Assembly (NCBI GenBank): GCA_032718475.1 | Contig: JAUCBJ010002853.1 | Coordinates: 60,724-124,723 of the forward strand | DNA: 64,000 nucleotides | Direction: 5' to 3' | DNA from: Nemertoderma westbladi | Taxonomy: Eukaryota; Animalia; Xenacoelomorpha | In this document: positions 10,284-21,719 of the stretch, piece by piece | Layout of the letters: each line of letters opens with the position of its first letter | Position numbering within the stretch: the stretch's first letter is position 1 | Position numbers and translations under genes: made by a program | The notes under the pieces: model-generated | Seen by the model: the letters and a program-made list of their open reading frames with translations, nothing else | Databases searched by the model: none | What the model was told of the DNA's origin: nothing

Positions 10284-10775
10284 ATGCCCTTATCGACGAC
10301 TAAAGCTGAGCTGCTGAAAAACCTTGATCAGGCTTATAAAAAACTGGATGCTGAATTTGACAATTGATCCAGACCATGAAAGGGTTAAGGAGATTAAAGG
10401 GGGTATTTCATATGCTGATGTCATTGCTTACCAGATGGGTTGGACAAGTTGCTTGCTTAGTTGGGAAAAACAAACGTTAGACGGCCAAAAAGCACAAATG
10501 CCAGAACCAAACTTTAAATGGAATCAATTGGGTGCGCTTGCACAATTTTTTTATCACCGCTTTTCAAATAAAAATTTAGCGCAATTAAGAACAGCATTTA
10601 AAACACCTACCAACCCTTAGTGGACTGGATAAACACACTAGATGAACAAACATTATTTCAAGTCGGCCAACGTGTGGACAGGGGGAGATGGGCGGTGGTT
10701 AAATGGATTCAAGTCAATACTATTGCCTCTTATTGATCAGCACGCACAAAAGTTAGGCACTACAAAAAACCCTAA
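10284..10775 (+). pseudogene. ClbS/DfsB (DUF1706)-like four-helix bundle protein, frameshifted
   Basis: Reconstruction across frames: MPLSTTKAELL..; DVIAYQMGW..LLSWEK; FKWNQLGALAQFFY; KWIQVNTIASY*SARTKVR; several frameshifts and a stop. Confidence 0.7.
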
Positions 10776-10985
10776 AAATATAAAGTGCTGCGTGCTACCC
10801 TATTTTGTGGCGGCTGGGTTGTATAACCCTAAAATTATGTAATGCCAGTGCTTTTTATGTATTCGCTACTCCCTTAAGGTAGTTTAATGGCAATTAAATA
10901 TACCTAACTGTTGGTTACTATGACCATTGAAATATCAAGTTTTTAATTTTACAACGTACTTAGGTTCAAGCATTATGTCAGTACA

Positions 10986-11708
10986 ATGTTTTACAAATTA
11001 ACCACATCAATTATTGCATTAATGCTGTTGGCAGCCTGCTCGCAGCCCATTGAGTTAAAAAAAGAAGCCCATCATCCCATACGCTCTGTTGACCATGTTA
11101 TTGTGGTGGGTCAAAGCACTTAAAGGTTGTTGTCCCAAAAACTGACTATTTAGGTGGTGGGCTGATTGTTGCGCTTGTTGGTCATGCGATAGATGAGGGG
11201 AATCGATCAGCCGCAGAAGAGGTAACTTACTCCCTCCTGAAAACGGTAGAAGGTTATGATTTTAGAGCTGTTTTATTAGAGGCTATTAAAAACGAAACCA
11301 ATCAAACGACTAAATTTCCCTATCAAATAAGCCATCAAATAGAAACCATTGATACTCTGATTCAAGTAAAAGAATCCATTTAAGCAATACCATATCTGAT
11401 GCGTTGTTGATCTCTACCGTTAATTATGAAATCAACAGTGCCCTTGGTATAGAGTCTTTGGGCATCAAGGCGGTGTTAGTATGCCAAAAACGCCTTCGCT
11501 TAAAAAAATTTTGAAAACCCCAAATCAGGAGAGTGTCATTGATACAGACAATGCAATTTACCACCAGGTGTTTAGTTTTGAAAAACTCTCTGTCACAGAC
11601 GACATAAAGGCCACACTAGAAGAGGGTATCAAGAGTATTGCGAAGCAAATCATCAATGATTTGACTCACCCTGTTGAGTGGTTCAAAAATAACCCACTCA
11701 CTTTATAG
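10986..11708 (+). pseudogene. Degraded lipoprotein gene
   Basis: MFYKLTTSIIALMLLAAC lipobox, then coding-like fragments (GGGLIVALVG) broken by stops and shifts. Confidence 0.5.
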
Positions 11709-12298
11709 GTTTTGATAGCCAATATTTAGGTTTAGAAAATGTTTTACATTTAAAACAATGGGTTAGTTTTTGGACAACCCGCGGTTTTGAACGCCACCAG
11801 CCTTAATTAAAGGTTAAGTATTGCTAATGTGCCCTCAAACCACTAAAAAATAAATGGTCAGCCATGCCCATTTGTGACATGTTGGTGACGTGTGTTGTTA
11901 CTGAAGCATGCTTTATGTGCCTACCAATAATTTTTTATGTATATCACTTGGTTTAATCTTCCCTAATTTATTTAATGGTTTATGTTAAGTCTTTAAAAAC
12001 ACAGCCAATATCATACGCCTACGAACTCATTGAAATATAGCGCTGCCGTCGTTAGCAGACGGGCTGATTATCAATGAATAAACACCTAACTTGTCGATTA
12101 AAAAAATCACTCATCCTTTAGAAGAAAAATAGGTTGTGGATCATAACAGTTAAAGATGAAAAATGTTGTGACAAGCAGGTAATTTTGTATTGCCAGACGA
12201 TACAAAAAATAGTTTAAAATTTGCAACTGTTGTGTATATTAAGGCGTTTGGCTTTTGTTTGTGCGCTCAAGCATTGTTAAATGGCCTATCTTCAATAA

Positions 12299-13564
12299 CT
12301 AGCTCATTTTTTTAATTAGTTCGGTTAGTGACACTTTTGTTTGCTCACCACAGCTAAAGTCTTTTAAAATAAATTGCTTATTTTTCCATTCATCTGGTGC
12401 CAATACAAGGGTATATTTAGCACCCGATTGATCAGCTCGCTTGAATTTTGTACGCACGCTACCCCCCCCCAAATCGGTTTGGATAATAAGTTTGGGTAAT
12501 TGGTCGCGTATTTTTTCAAGTTGTTCAAATAATGTTTTTTGGTCTTTACCATCCAGCGAAATGGCATATAGATGACATATGTCTTGGTGCTGATAGGTTT
12601 GATAAAATTGATTGGTGGGTACTTTAAGTAAAAATATTAGTCGTTCCCAGCCAATTGAACAACCAACCGCAGGCAAGAAGTTACCACCCAGTTGCTGGGA
12701 TAGGTAATTAAAACGCCCCCCCCCACACAAGGTGGTTTGCGAACCTAATTGATTCGATTTCCATTCAAAAACGGTTTGGTTGTAATAATCTAGTCCTCGA
12801 ACCAAATAATCATTGATAACATAGTCAATACCAAGGCTATCAAGTGTGTTGAGCAATGTTTTAAAATGTGCTTTTGACTCATCATCAATTAGTTGTGTGA
12901 TTCGGGGGGCATTTTTAAGTTTTTCTCGAATAAAGTCACTTTTGCTGTCCAATAAACGCAAGGGATTGGTTGCTAATCGTAGTTGATTGAGCGCACTTAA
13001 GTGTTCTTTATAAGGTATAAAATAACGCTTTAGTTCTTGGGTGTAGCGATCCCTTGATTGTTGATCGCCAATGTTATTTAATTCTAATTGTAAGCCAGAG
13101 AGTCCCAACACTTTCCAAACACGACTTAGCATCAACAAAAGTTCTACATCGACTGTTGGTGATTGATTACCGATTATTTCAAGCCCTAATTGATGAAATT
13201 GTCGAAAACGACCTTTTTGTGGCCGTTCATAACGAAACATTGGTCCCCAATACCATAACTTTTGAAGGCCTTGGGTCTTTTTGCTTTGAAGCAAAGCTCG
13301 CATACAACCGGCGGTACCTTCAGGGCGAAGGGCGATTTGATTGCCTGATCGGTCATCAAAGGTGTACATTTCCTTATTAACAATATCGGTTTGCTCACCA
13401 ATTAAGCGTTCAAATAGGGCTAAATTTTCAAGGATGGGTAAATTAATGGGTAAAAAGCCATAGCACTTGATCAATGCTTCAATCTTGATCAATGTATATC
13501 GCCAAAATGTGGAATGGGGGGGCAGCATATCATGCATGCCACGAAGTGTTTTGATCATAACCAA
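12299..13564 (-). CDS. hisS: Histidyl-tRNA synthetase
   Basis: LRPEGTA, FRYERPQKGRFRQFHQ, LVRGLDYY, GGGRF. Confidence 0.97.
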   Translation of the reverse strand: MVMIKTLRGMHDMLPPHSTFWRYTLIKIEALIKCYGFLPINLPILENLALFERLIGEQTDIVNKEMYTFDDRSGNQIALRPEGTAGCMRALLQSKKTQGLQKLWYWGPMFRYERPQKGRFRQFHQLGLEIIGNQSPTVDVELLLMLSRVWKVLGLSGLQLELNNIGDQQSRDRYTQELKRYFIPYKEHLSALNQLRLATNPLRLLDSKSDFIREKLKNAPRITQLIDDESKAHFKTLLNTLDSLGIDYVINDYLVRGLDYYNQTVFEWKSNQLGSQTTLCGGGRFNYLSQQLGGNFLPAVGCSIGWERLIFLLKVPTNQFYQTYQHQDICHLYAISLDGKDQKTLFEQLEKIRDQLPKLIIQTDLGGGSVRTKFKRADQSGAKYTLVLAPDEWKNKQFILKDFSCGEQTKVSLTELIKKMS

Positions 13565-13629
13565 TATAAAATAAACCCTAAAATAGCCTGAACAACGCTT
13601 CAGTTTTTATGGCTCAATGCGTGAATGAT

Positions 13630-15531
13630 TTAATGATTTGTTTGCGTTAGGTTTACTTGAATATCCATTTCATTACTTAAAGCACTTAGCCACACATGAT
13701 AAAAGTAGTCTTGATAGATAGCTTGAATTCTTTGATTGAATTTTTGTTCATCTTTTGGATCAAGTTCATCTTTATATTCAACTGCTTTTAAAATACTCAC
13801 CACGTATTCACCTTTAGCACTTATCAACAATTTTGTACTTACCTGCCCTAGCTTAGGTGGGGTTTGTAATTTAATTTGATCAAGCATCTGGGCATCTAAA
13901 TGCTGACTGATATTAGATGAGCTATTGTTTTCCAACAATCGATAGGTGCTCTCATCAACCCAACCGAGTTCAACAAGTGCCTTATTTTTCTGAGCAAACT
14001 GTTGATAGCGCTTTATTGTTTGATTATTGAGTTCTTTAACAAACTGATCAGCTTTTAATTTAGCGTTTGCTAGAGCTTGTTCCTGAAGAACAATGTTATT
14101 CACCTCATCTTGAACCTCTTCAAACGTGTATTGACGAGTTTTTTGAACTTGATCTTTGGTAAATAAGAATAGTTTTTTGCCATCTTCAACTAAAATGGGG
14201 GCGATGGTATCCACCAAAGCATCGTTTTTAAAAGCGGCTTCACGAACTTCATTAATTTGACTAATATCACCCCCAATGCCTATATGGCGAGAAAATAGTT
14301 CGCTTTTTTGAATGATTTTTTGATATTTTTGAGCCACTGAATTTAAAGAGTCGTTTGACTCAATTTGATCCACAATGCTTGCCATGTAATGGTTCCAATT
14401 CTTTTGGCGCAGTAAATATTGCAGATCTTTTTCTACCTCATCAAAGGTTAGTATTTTTTTTGGCTTAACTTCTGCAAGCTGCAGAACATGAATACTATTT
14501 TCTTCATCTGTTACAATTTGAGCATCGCCTGGGGTCATCGAATAAAGTGCCTCTTCTAATAAAAAGGGTAATTCCCCTTTTTTAGCCCACTGGGTGGACG
14601 GGGAAAATGTGGCGTTTTTGCTAAACTGTTGTTTTAAAAGTGATTTAATATCAGCACGTTGTCGATGAATTAAATTATAAAATAATTCAGCATTTTTCTG
14701 ATTAATAGATGGGTCAGCATTTTTATCGAATTTTACATCCCAAAATAAGCGCTGCTCGGGCTCAAACATACTGGCTTGATTGGTTTTGTAATATTGTGTC
14801 ACCTGCTCTTTAGAAGGCTCAAATTGGTCTTTATTGGCCTGAAAATCAAACTGAATGTAATCAATGGCGACTTTCTCAGGTTCTACAAACAAGTCTTGGT
14901 TTGCCTGATAATAGGCTTTAGCTTTTTCACTATTAACCAACTTTTTCTCAAAGAAGTCCGCTACATTAACTGACAATACATCCACTTGACGCTTTGCAAA
15001 GTAGGCCTGACTAATGCTTTGTAGTTCGTTTGAGCCTAATAGACCATTTAACAATCTTTTATCATGTCGGGTTGCAATTGCGGAAAGGAAGCTATTGTTA
15101 ACATCCTGCTCATAGGCTACATCTGTATAAAAATTACTGGATAAGAAGCTCTGATAAGCCTTTAAAGAAAAATCCCCGTCTTGACTAAATTGATTGCGCA
15201 CATAATTTAAAATGACTTGATCGCTAATTTTCACACCTAATTGCTTGGCGTAATCTATACGACCATATAAATTCAACATATGATTGGCAACCAAGTTATA
15301 TAGGCGTTTGGTTGATATGTTTTGATCTTGATATAATTGTTGGAATCGACGAAATGTCTGATCAAACTGTTCAAAGCTAATGGATTGATCCCCTACCTTA
15401 ATAACGGTTTGTGACTGATCATCAGAGGTGTACTGAAGTGCACCTGCACCCACAAAACTAACAGCAGCTAAAATTACCACAAAAATGGCAAATAAACGCG
15501 AATTTTTATAAAACTGACTAACTCTAAACAT
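13630..15531 (-). CDS. ppiD: PpiD-like periplasmic chaperone (SurA N-terminal + parvulin-like domains)
   Basis: N-terminal TM, 633 aa, YYQANQDLFVEPE motif, conserved position downstream of lon-hupB-tRNAs. Confidence 0.75.
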   Translation of the reverse strand: MFRVSQFYKNSRLFAIFVVILAAVSFVGAGALQYTSDDQSQTVIKVGDQSISFEQFDQTFRRFQQLYQDQNISTKRLYNLVANHMLNLYGRIDYAKQLGVKISDQVILNYVRNQFSQDGDFSLKAYQSFLSSNFYTDVAYEQDVNNSFLSAIATRHDKRLLNGLLGSNELQSISQAYFAKRQVDVLSVNVADFFEKKLVNSEKAKAYYQANQDLFVEPEKVAIDYIQFDFQANKDQFEPSKEQVTQYYKTNQASMFEPEQRLFWDVKFDKNADPSINQKNAELFYNLIHRQRADIKSLLKQQFSKNATFSPSTQWAKKGELPFLLEEALYSMTPGDAQIVTDEENSIHVLQLAEVKPKKILTFDEVEKDLQYLLRQKNWNHYMASIVDQIESNDSLNSVAQKYQKIIQKSELFSRHIGIGGDISQINEVREAAFKNDALVDTIAPILVEDGKKLFLFTKDQVQKTRQYTFEEVQDEVNNIVLQEQALANAKLKADQFVKELNNQTIKRYQQFAQKNKALVELGWVDESTYRLLENNSSSNISQHLDAQMLDQIKLQTPPKLGQVSTKLLISAKGEYVVSILKAVEYKDELDPKDEQKFNQRIQAIYQDYFYHVWLSALSNEMDIQVNLTQTNH

Positions 15532-15540
15532 AAGAAAAAA

Positions 15541-15614
15541 CGGAGCGGACGGGACTCGAACCCGCGACCTCCGGCGTGACAGGCCAGCATTCTAACCAGC
15601 TGAACTACCGCTCC
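15541..15614 (-). tRNA. tRNA-Asp(GTC), CCA not encoded
   Basis: GGAGCGGTAGTTCAGCTGGTTAGAATGCTGGCCTGTCACGCCGGAGGTCGCGGGTTCGAGTCCCGTCCGCTCCG. Confidence 0.97.
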
Positions 15615-15624
15615 TTATAAATTA

Positions 15625-15698
15625 TGGGTGTTGTAGGACTCGAACCTACGACTTTCGCCTTGTAAGGGCGACGCTCTGGCCAGCTGAGCTAAACACCC
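15625..15698 (-). tRNA. tRNA-Val(TAC), CCA not encoded
   Basis: GGGTGTTTAGCTCAGCTGGCCAGAGCGTCGCCCTTACAAGGCGAAAGTCGTAGGTTCGAGTCCTACAACACCCA. Confidence 0.96.
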
Positions 15699-15719
15699 AA
15701 TAAGGGGGATTAGCAAAAA

Positions 15720-15998
15720 TTAAGATTTAGCGACTATGTCCTTAAAGGTACCGGTTGGGCTAAAATAAGGCACCTTTTGTTCAGGAATTTGTATTTCTTG
15801 ACCTGTTCTAGGGTTTCTGCCTAAACGTGCTTTACGTGTTTTAGAACCAAAAGTACCAAAGCCTACCAATGTGATTGAGTCATCATTGGAGACCTGATTT
15901 TTAACAGTGCTTATAAAAGCTTCCAGGCAAGTGGTTGCAACTTTTTTTGATAGATTTGTATCGGTCACAATTTGATTAACAAGCTCTTGTTTATTCAT
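15720..15998 (-). CDS. hupB: DNA-binding protein HU
   Basis: MNKQELV, LVGFGTF, RKARLGRNPRTG; downstream of lon. Confidence 0.93.
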   Translation of the reverse strand: MNKQELVNQIVTDTNLSKKVATTCLEAFISTVKNQVSNDDSITLVGFGTFGSKTRKARLGRNPRTGQEIQIPEQKVPYFSPTGTFKDIVAKS

Positions 15999-16115
15999 AG
16001 TCTCTCCTATTATTGCTTAAAAAAATTAATTACTTTTAATTAAAAGCCTTTATATACCCTTATATCAGAACAATTAAACTATATCGCTTAATATTAAGCA
16101 AGCAAATTAAAAAAA

Positions 16116-18494
16116 TTAATGTAAGACTTCATTATGATTGACTTTTTTCTTTTTACTACTGGTATTAATTTGACTGTTTATTGAATCAGAAAAAAAGTAT
16201 GAAACCGCCTGATCAATTGTAGAGATAGGTTTAATATGCAAGGATTTGATTAAAAAGTCTGGCATTTGTGCTAAATCAGGCTCATTCTCCTTTGGAATTA
16301 ATACATGCTTCACTTTATAACGATGGGCGGCTAGTAGTTTTTCTTTTAATCCACCAATTCTGGTAATGTCCCCTCTTAGTGTGATTTCCCCCGTTAGGGC
16401 TGTATCTGAACGAACAGCTTTTTGAGTTAAGGCCGATAACATCGCAATACACATTCCCATGCCTGCGCTTGGGCCATCTTTAGGGGTTGCGCCATCGGGT
16501 ACATGAACATGGATGTCTTTTTCAACGAATAAAGTTTGCTCAACTCCAAACTGATCCAAATTACTTTTTATCACTGTCATGGCTGCCTGTATAGACTCTT
16601 GCATAACATCCCCAAGGTGCCCTGTGTAATGCAGCTTACCTTTTCCACCTATCAGTGCTGATTCAATAAACAAAATATCACCGCCTTGTTCAGTCCAAGC
16701 CAACCCAAGGACTTGACCAATACGGTCTTTTCTTTCATAGTTTTCTGGAAATTTTGGGGGACCCAAATAGTCATATAAGTTTTTAAGCGACACCGCTACT
16801 TTTTTCATTTGATCTTTGGCAAGACTTAAGACTATTTTTCTAGCTATTTTATTGAGCTGTTTTTCTAAATTACGCACACCAGATTCATGTGTATACTGAT
16901 GGATAATTCTTAAAAGGGCGGGGTGGTTAATATTAAACCCTTCCTTGGTGAGTAAATATTTTTGGTATAAGTTGGGCATGAGGTGTTCTTTAGCAATATG
17001 CAGTTTTTCTTCCTCTGTATAGCCACTCACATCAATGATCTCCATTCGATCCAATAGCGGTTTGGGAATGTTATAAGAGTTCGCTGTGGTGACAAACATA
17101 ATCTTTGACAGGTCATAACCAATATCTAGATAGTGATCTTTAAATGAGTGATTTTGTTCAGGGTCAAATACCTCTAGTAAAGCAGAAGCAGGGTCTCCCC
17201 GATAATCCATCCCAATTTTATCAATCTCATCAATCAAAAAAAGTGGGTTTGATGTGCCGGCTTGAATGATATTTTTAATGATATTACCTGGCATTGAGGC
17301 AATGTATGTTCTTCGATGACCGCGAATTTCGGATTCATCTCTCACCCCACCTAAAGACATTCGGGTAAATTTTCGACCCATGGCTTCGGCAATAGATCGC
17401 GCTAAAGATGTTTTACCCACCCCGGGTGGACCAATTAAGCATAAAACAGCCGCCCCGGCCTTTTTATTTCGCTTGCAAACAGCTAAGTGTTCAATGATTC
17501 TTTCTTTAATTTCATCCAAGGCGTAATGGCTGCTATCTAGGACGGTTTCTGCTTTTTTTAAGTCATAATTTAGACGACTGACTTTTTTCCAAGGCAAGGA
17601 CAATATGGTATCGATATAATTTCTTGTAATGGAATATTCAGCTGATTGAGGTGAAATAGACCCAAGACGCTTGAGTTCTTCTTGTATTTTTTCTTTTGCC
17701 TCAAGACTTAAACCAAGTTTTTTGCCCTTTTCTTCTAATGCCTCTAATTCGTCTACTTCTTCATCCCCTAACTCTTGTTGGATGGCCTTAATTTGCTCAT
17801 TTAAATAGTATTCCTTTTGATTTTGATCAATTTGCTCTTTAACCCGATAATGTATTTTTTGCTCAATTTTTAGTAGTTCAATTTTATTTTGCAGAAAAAT
17901 CAGTAGCTGTTTGCTGCAAGCAACACAGTCAAGTTCCGCCAATAATTGTTGTTTTTCTAGCACAGAGAAATCAAGATGAGAGGAAATTAAATCAATTAAA
18001 TCGCTTAAACTATCTTGGCTGGCTAAAGCCTCTACTATATCTTGATGGGCTTTTTTTTTATTAAATTTAATATATTCTTGAAATTTGGTCAGAATTGATT
18101 TAATCAATGATTTTTCTAAATCCTTTAACTGCAAGGGATGTCGATTATGAATTATATAGTCATTGGTTATTAAAAAACCATCATTTTCCAAGATATTTTT
18201 AACTTCAACCCGATGCTGTGTCTCAATTAATATTTTATAGGTATAATCAGGCAGCTCTAATACTTTCAGCACCTTTGCTAGTAAACCAAAAGCATATAAA
18301 TCTTTAAAATTAGGGTTATCAATTGAGGGGTCTTTTTGGGAAAGTAAGATAATTTGTCTATTATTTTCATCCAATTGATTAATTGCTTTCATCGATGCCT
18401 GCCTGCCAATAAAAAGGGGCGTTGTGACATTAGGCGAAAATACAACATCACGAAGGGCTAAAATAGGCAGTTTGGTGAGTTTTTTTAATTCCAT
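16116..18494 (-). CDS. lon: Lon protease
   Basis: GPPGVGKTS, GHRRTY, DEIDK, PKDGPSAG. Confidence 0.97.
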   Translation of the reverse strand: MELKKLTKLPILALRDVVFSPNVTTPLFIGRQASMKAINQLDENNRQIILLSQKDPSIDNPNFKDLYAFGLLAKVLKVLELPDYTYKILIETQHRVEVKNILENDGFLITNDYIIHNRHPLQLKDLEKSLIKSILTKFQEYIKFNKKKAHQDIVEALASQDSLSDLIDLISSHLDFSVLEKQQLLAELDCVACSKQLLIFLQNKIELLKIEQKIHYRVKEQIDQNQKEYYLNEQIKAIQQELGDEEVDELEALEEKGKKLGLSLEAKEKIQEELKRLGSISPQSAEYSITRNYIDTILSLPWKKVSRLNYDLKKAETVLDSSHYALDEIKERIIEHLAVCKRNKKAGAAVLCLIGPPGVGKTSLARSIAEAMGRKFTRMSLGGVRDESEIRGHRRTYIASMPGNIIKNIIQAGTSNPLFLIDEIDKIGMDYRGDPASALLEVFDPEQNHSFKDHYLDIGYDLSKIMFVTTANSYNIPKPLLDRMEIIDVSGYTEEEKLHIAKEHLMPNLYQKYLLTKEGFNINHPALLRIIHQYTHESGVRNLEKQLNKIARKIVLSLAKDQMKKVAVSLKNLYDYLGPPKFPENYERKDRIGQVLGLAWTEQGGDILFIESALIGGKGKLHYTGHLGDVMQESIQAAMTVIKSNLDQFGVEQTLFVEKDIHVHVPDGATPKDGPSAGMGMCIAMLSALTQKAVRSDTALTGEITLRGDITRIGGLKEKLLAAHRYKVKHVLIPKENEPDLAQMPDFLIKSLHIKPISTIDQAVSYFFSDSINSQINTSSKKKKVNHNEVLH

Positions 18495-19757
18495 TTACAG
18501 ATGACCTACTTTTTTAACTTGATTGGGCAACGAAAAAATTAGCTTAGGTTGATTGCTTTCAATACTTGCCTTGTCAACTAGCACCTTAGCAAGGTCGGTT
18601 TGAGAAGGCAGATCAAACATAACATCTAACAAAACAGATTCAATGATTGATTTTAAACCACGTGCACCTGTTTCACGCCCAATTGCCTTTTTTGCAATAA
18701 ATTCAAGGGCATCAGGTGTGAATTCAAGCACGACCCCATGTAGTTGAAATAGCGTTTGCATTTGCTTGATGATTGAATTTTTAGGTTGCGTTAAAATTTT
18801 AACAAGGGCAGCTTGGTCTAAAGATTCTAGTGTGGCTATAACAGGCATTCTACCCACAAATTCTGGTATCATCCCAAATTTCACTAAATCGCGGGGCTCT
18901 AATTGCTGCAGCTTTTTTTCTTGCTGCTTATTAGTTTGAGCAGACATGGTATTTTTTTGTACACCCTGCGTAAAGCCTATTTTTTGCTGACTATTTAAAC
19001 GAGTCGCTACAATATTTTCCAAACCAACAAAAGCACCACTAAATATGAACAAAATTCTAGAGGTATCAATATCGACAGTCCGACCTTTTGGATGCTTTCG
19101 CCCATCCCCTTCAATAGGAACAGATAACTGAACGCCCTCAACCAATTTCAAAAGTGCTTGCTGCACACCTTCGCCAGATACATCACGTGTAATAGAGGTA
19201 CCTTCCCCTTTTCTCGAAATTTTATCAATCTCATCAATGTATATAATACCCTGAGAGGCTTTTTCAACATCAAAATCACATTGACGCAAAAGTTTTTTAA
19301 CAACATTCTCGACATCCTCACCCACATAACCTGCCTCTGTTAGGGTGGTTGCATCTGCAATAGCAAATGGGATATTTAAAAAACTGGCCAATGTTTTTGC
19401 CAGCAATGTTTTCCCACACCCTGTAGAACCCGCTAGTAGTATGTTGCTTTTTGGAAATTCAACGTCTTTGAATTCGCTTAAATGAGCATTTCTATAAATA
19501 TGATTATATACGCTCACAGACAGCACTTTTTTTGCATGTGCTTGGCCGATGACATAATGATTTAAATATTTAAGAATTTCAGACGGCGGAGGTGTGCTTG
19601 AAGGCGTTGTTACAGAATCTACAGAATGATCTTTGAATATGCCATCACAAATCAACACACAGCTACTACAAATAAAAGCCGATTGATCAATACCAGCAAT
19701 TAATTGACCTGTCTTGGCACGCTTTTTTCCGCAAAAAGAGCATGTTAAGTCCTTCAT
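18495..19757 (-). CDS. clpX: ClpX ATPase
   Basis: CSFCGK zinc finger, [32 protein letters not shown] loop. Confidence 0.97.
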   Translation of the reverse strand: MKDLTCSFCGKKRAKTGQLIAGIDQSAFICSSCVLICDGIFKDHSVDSVTTPSSTPPPSEILKYLNHYVIGQAHAKKVLSVSVYNHIYRNAHLSEFKDVEFPKSNILLAGSTGCGKTLLAKTLASFLNIPFAIADATTLTEAGYVGEDVENVVKKLLRQCDFDVEKASQGIIYIDEIDKISRKGEGTSITRDVSGEGVQQALLKLVEGVQLSVPIEGDGRKHPKGRTVDIDTSRILFIFSGAFVGLENIVATRLNSQQKIGFTQGVQKNTMSAQTNKQQEKKLQQLEPRDLVKFGMIPEFVGRMPVIATLESLDQAALVKILTQPKNSIIKQMQTLFQLHGVVLEFTPDALEFIAKKAIGRETGARGLKSIIESVLLDVMFDLPSQTDLAKVLVDKASIESNQPKLIFSLPNQVKKVGHL

Positions 19758-20350
19758 TTTTCTCTTCTTGGAACTATTTTATCAACAATACCGTACTTAA
19801 CAGCCTCTTTTGCGCTTAAAAAATAGTCTCGATCTGTATCTTTTTCAATGGTTTTAATTGTTTTACCGGTATGCGCCATCAAAATATTATTCAACAAACT
19901 TTTTACCTTTAACACTTCTTTTGCATGAATATTAATATCACTAGCCTGACCTGAAAAAGAACCAAGCGGTTGATGGATCATAACACGCGCATTGGGTAAA
20001 ACATATCGTTTACCTTTTGTGCCACAAGCTAGCAAAACTGCCCCCATACTTGCAGCCTGACCAATACAAAACGTTGAGACATTAGGTTCAATATACTTAA
20101 TAGTGTCATAAATAGCCAAACCGGATGTTACAACACCACCAGGTGAGTTAATATAAAGACTAATATCATCTGTTGAACTTTCGCTAGCAAGATAAAGTAG
20201 CTGAGCAATCACTAAGTTGGCTGTATTATCATCAATTGAACCAGATAAAAATATAATTCTTTCTCTTAGTAGTCTAGAATATATATCAAATGATCGTTCA
20301 CCTTTTGGTGTTTGTTCAATTACGACTGGAACTAAACTGCTACTTATCAT
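19754..20350 (-). CDS. clpP: ClpP protease
   Basis: [25 protein letters not shown]. Confidence 0.97.
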   Translation of the reverse strand: MISSSLVPVVIEQTPKGERSFDIYSRLLRERIIFLSGSIDDNTANLVIAQLLYLASESSTDDISLYINSPGGVVTSGLAIYDTIKYIEPNVSTFCIGQAASMGAVLLACGTKGKRYVLPNARVMIHQPLGSFSGQASDINIHAKEVLKVKSLLNNILMAHTGKTIKTIEKDTDRDYFLSAKEAVKYGIVDKIVPRREK

Positions 20351-21611
20351 AGCGATACTCCATTACCTCTTGATATGTTTTATTAACACGTGAAACTTTA
20401 GCAGTATTTATAATCAAATCAACTAATTTTCTTTCAAGTAAGTGGTGCTTCAAATTATTTAATTGATTCTTATTTTTATAGGTCTCTTTAATTGTTTGTT
20501 CAAGGTTTTTATCGTCTGAAATTTCTTTTTTTAAAAAATCACTGACATCATCATCCCCAACTTCAAGTTTATATTCTTTGATAATGTCAGAAAAAATGTA
20601 ACTCATCTTGACTCTTTTAAGACCTAATTGACTAATTTGATTATCCTTAACTTTTTTATTTTCCTTTAAAGATTTAATTTCATTTTGTAAAACAAACTGG
20701 GGAACATCAAAATCAGAAGCGCGAAATAATTCATTAAATATAAAGGAACGATTAATTGCATACAACTGATCAGTTAATGATTTTAATAGGCTCTTTTTCA
20801 CATTATCTTGAAGCTCAGCTAAAGAAGAAACATTCATTTTAGAAAATAAAGCCTCATCAAGGGCTAGCAATTCAGGCTGATAAAAACGCTTAATTTGAAT
20901 GTTAAAAATAAAATCTTTACCGGCTAAATCTTTATTAGAATGTGACTTAGGAAAAGTAAAATTAACCTTAACCAATTCATTTAACTTAGAGCCAACCATT
21001 GCCTGTTCAATTTCTTTAAATACTGTGTTTGAACCCAACTCGCACTCAACATCTTCTTGTTTAAATTGAGGATTTTCAGCATCTTCAGCAACATAGGCAG
21101 CTAAATCAAATAAGACTTTATCGCCAAGTTGTATCAATAAATTAGTATCCTTATTCAATTTCCAATCTTTATAGTGTGATTGAATATATTCAATTTGTTT
21201 ATTAATATCTTGCTCAGATACATTAGCAGCAAAAATAGAAAATTTTTGTTTTTTTAAAAGTTTAATCTTCAGTTCAGGCTGAACCTCAAATGTTGCAGAA
21301 AAAGATATCTTCCCATTGTCCTGAGAAATTTCCTGAACATCTGGCCGACTAACCAGCTGGATTTTTTTAACGTTAATCGCCTCAGACAACATACTTTGGA
21401 CAAGGTCATCTATCACTTGATTATGTAAAAATTCGTAATACTTCTCCTTTACAATATTCAAAGGTGCCTTACCTTTTCGAAAACCATCTATATTAACTTG
21501 AGATTGTATCTTTTTAGCTGCAATTAAAATATCTTCACTCAAATCCTTTAGCTTGTCTTGAATGAATAATTTTCTGATTAAAGCATCTAGCTTAGTTAAT
21601 TTTATTTTCAT
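20340..21611 (-). CDS. tig: Trigger factor
   Basis: GFRKGKAP ribosome-binding motif; synteny with clpP. Confidence 0.92.
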   Translation of the reverse strand: MKIKLTKLDALIRKLFIQDKLKDLSEDILIAAKKIQSQVNIDGFRKGKAPLNIVKEKYYEFLHNQVIDDLVQSMLSEAINVKKIQLVSRPDVQEISQDNGKISFSATFEVQPELKIKLLKKQKFSIFAANVSEQDINKQIEYIQSHYKDWKLNKDTNLLIQLGDKVLFDLAAYVAEDAENPQFKQEDVECELGSNTVFKEIEQAMVGSKLNELVKVNFTFPKSHSNKDLAGKDFIFNIQIKRFYQPELLALDEALFSKMNVSSLAELQDNVKKSLLKSLTDQLYAINRSFIFNELFRASDFDVPQFVLQNEIKSLKENKKVKDNQISQLGLKRVKMSYIFSDIIKEYKLEVGDDDVSDFLKKEISDDKNLEQTIKETYKNKNQLNNLKHHLLERKLVDLIINTAKVSRVNKTYQEVMEYRYDK

Positions 21612-21626
21612 AATTTTTGATTAAAA

Positions 21627-21663
21627 TGCGAAAGGAGAGACTCGAACTCTCACGCCGTAAGAC

Positions 21664-21708
<45 letters not shown>
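21627..21708 (-). tRNA. tRNA-Leu(TAG), CCA not encoded
   Basis: GCGAAAGTGGCGGAATTGGTAGACGCGCTGGATTTAGGTTCCAGTGTCTTACGGCGTGAGAGTTCGAGTCTCTCCTTTCGCA. Confidence 0.96.
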
Positions 21709-21719
21709 TACTATATAAA

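Noticed and set aside
11720-12290. Possible further gene remnant or ncRNA
   Set aside because: No recognisable motif or stable structure found by eye
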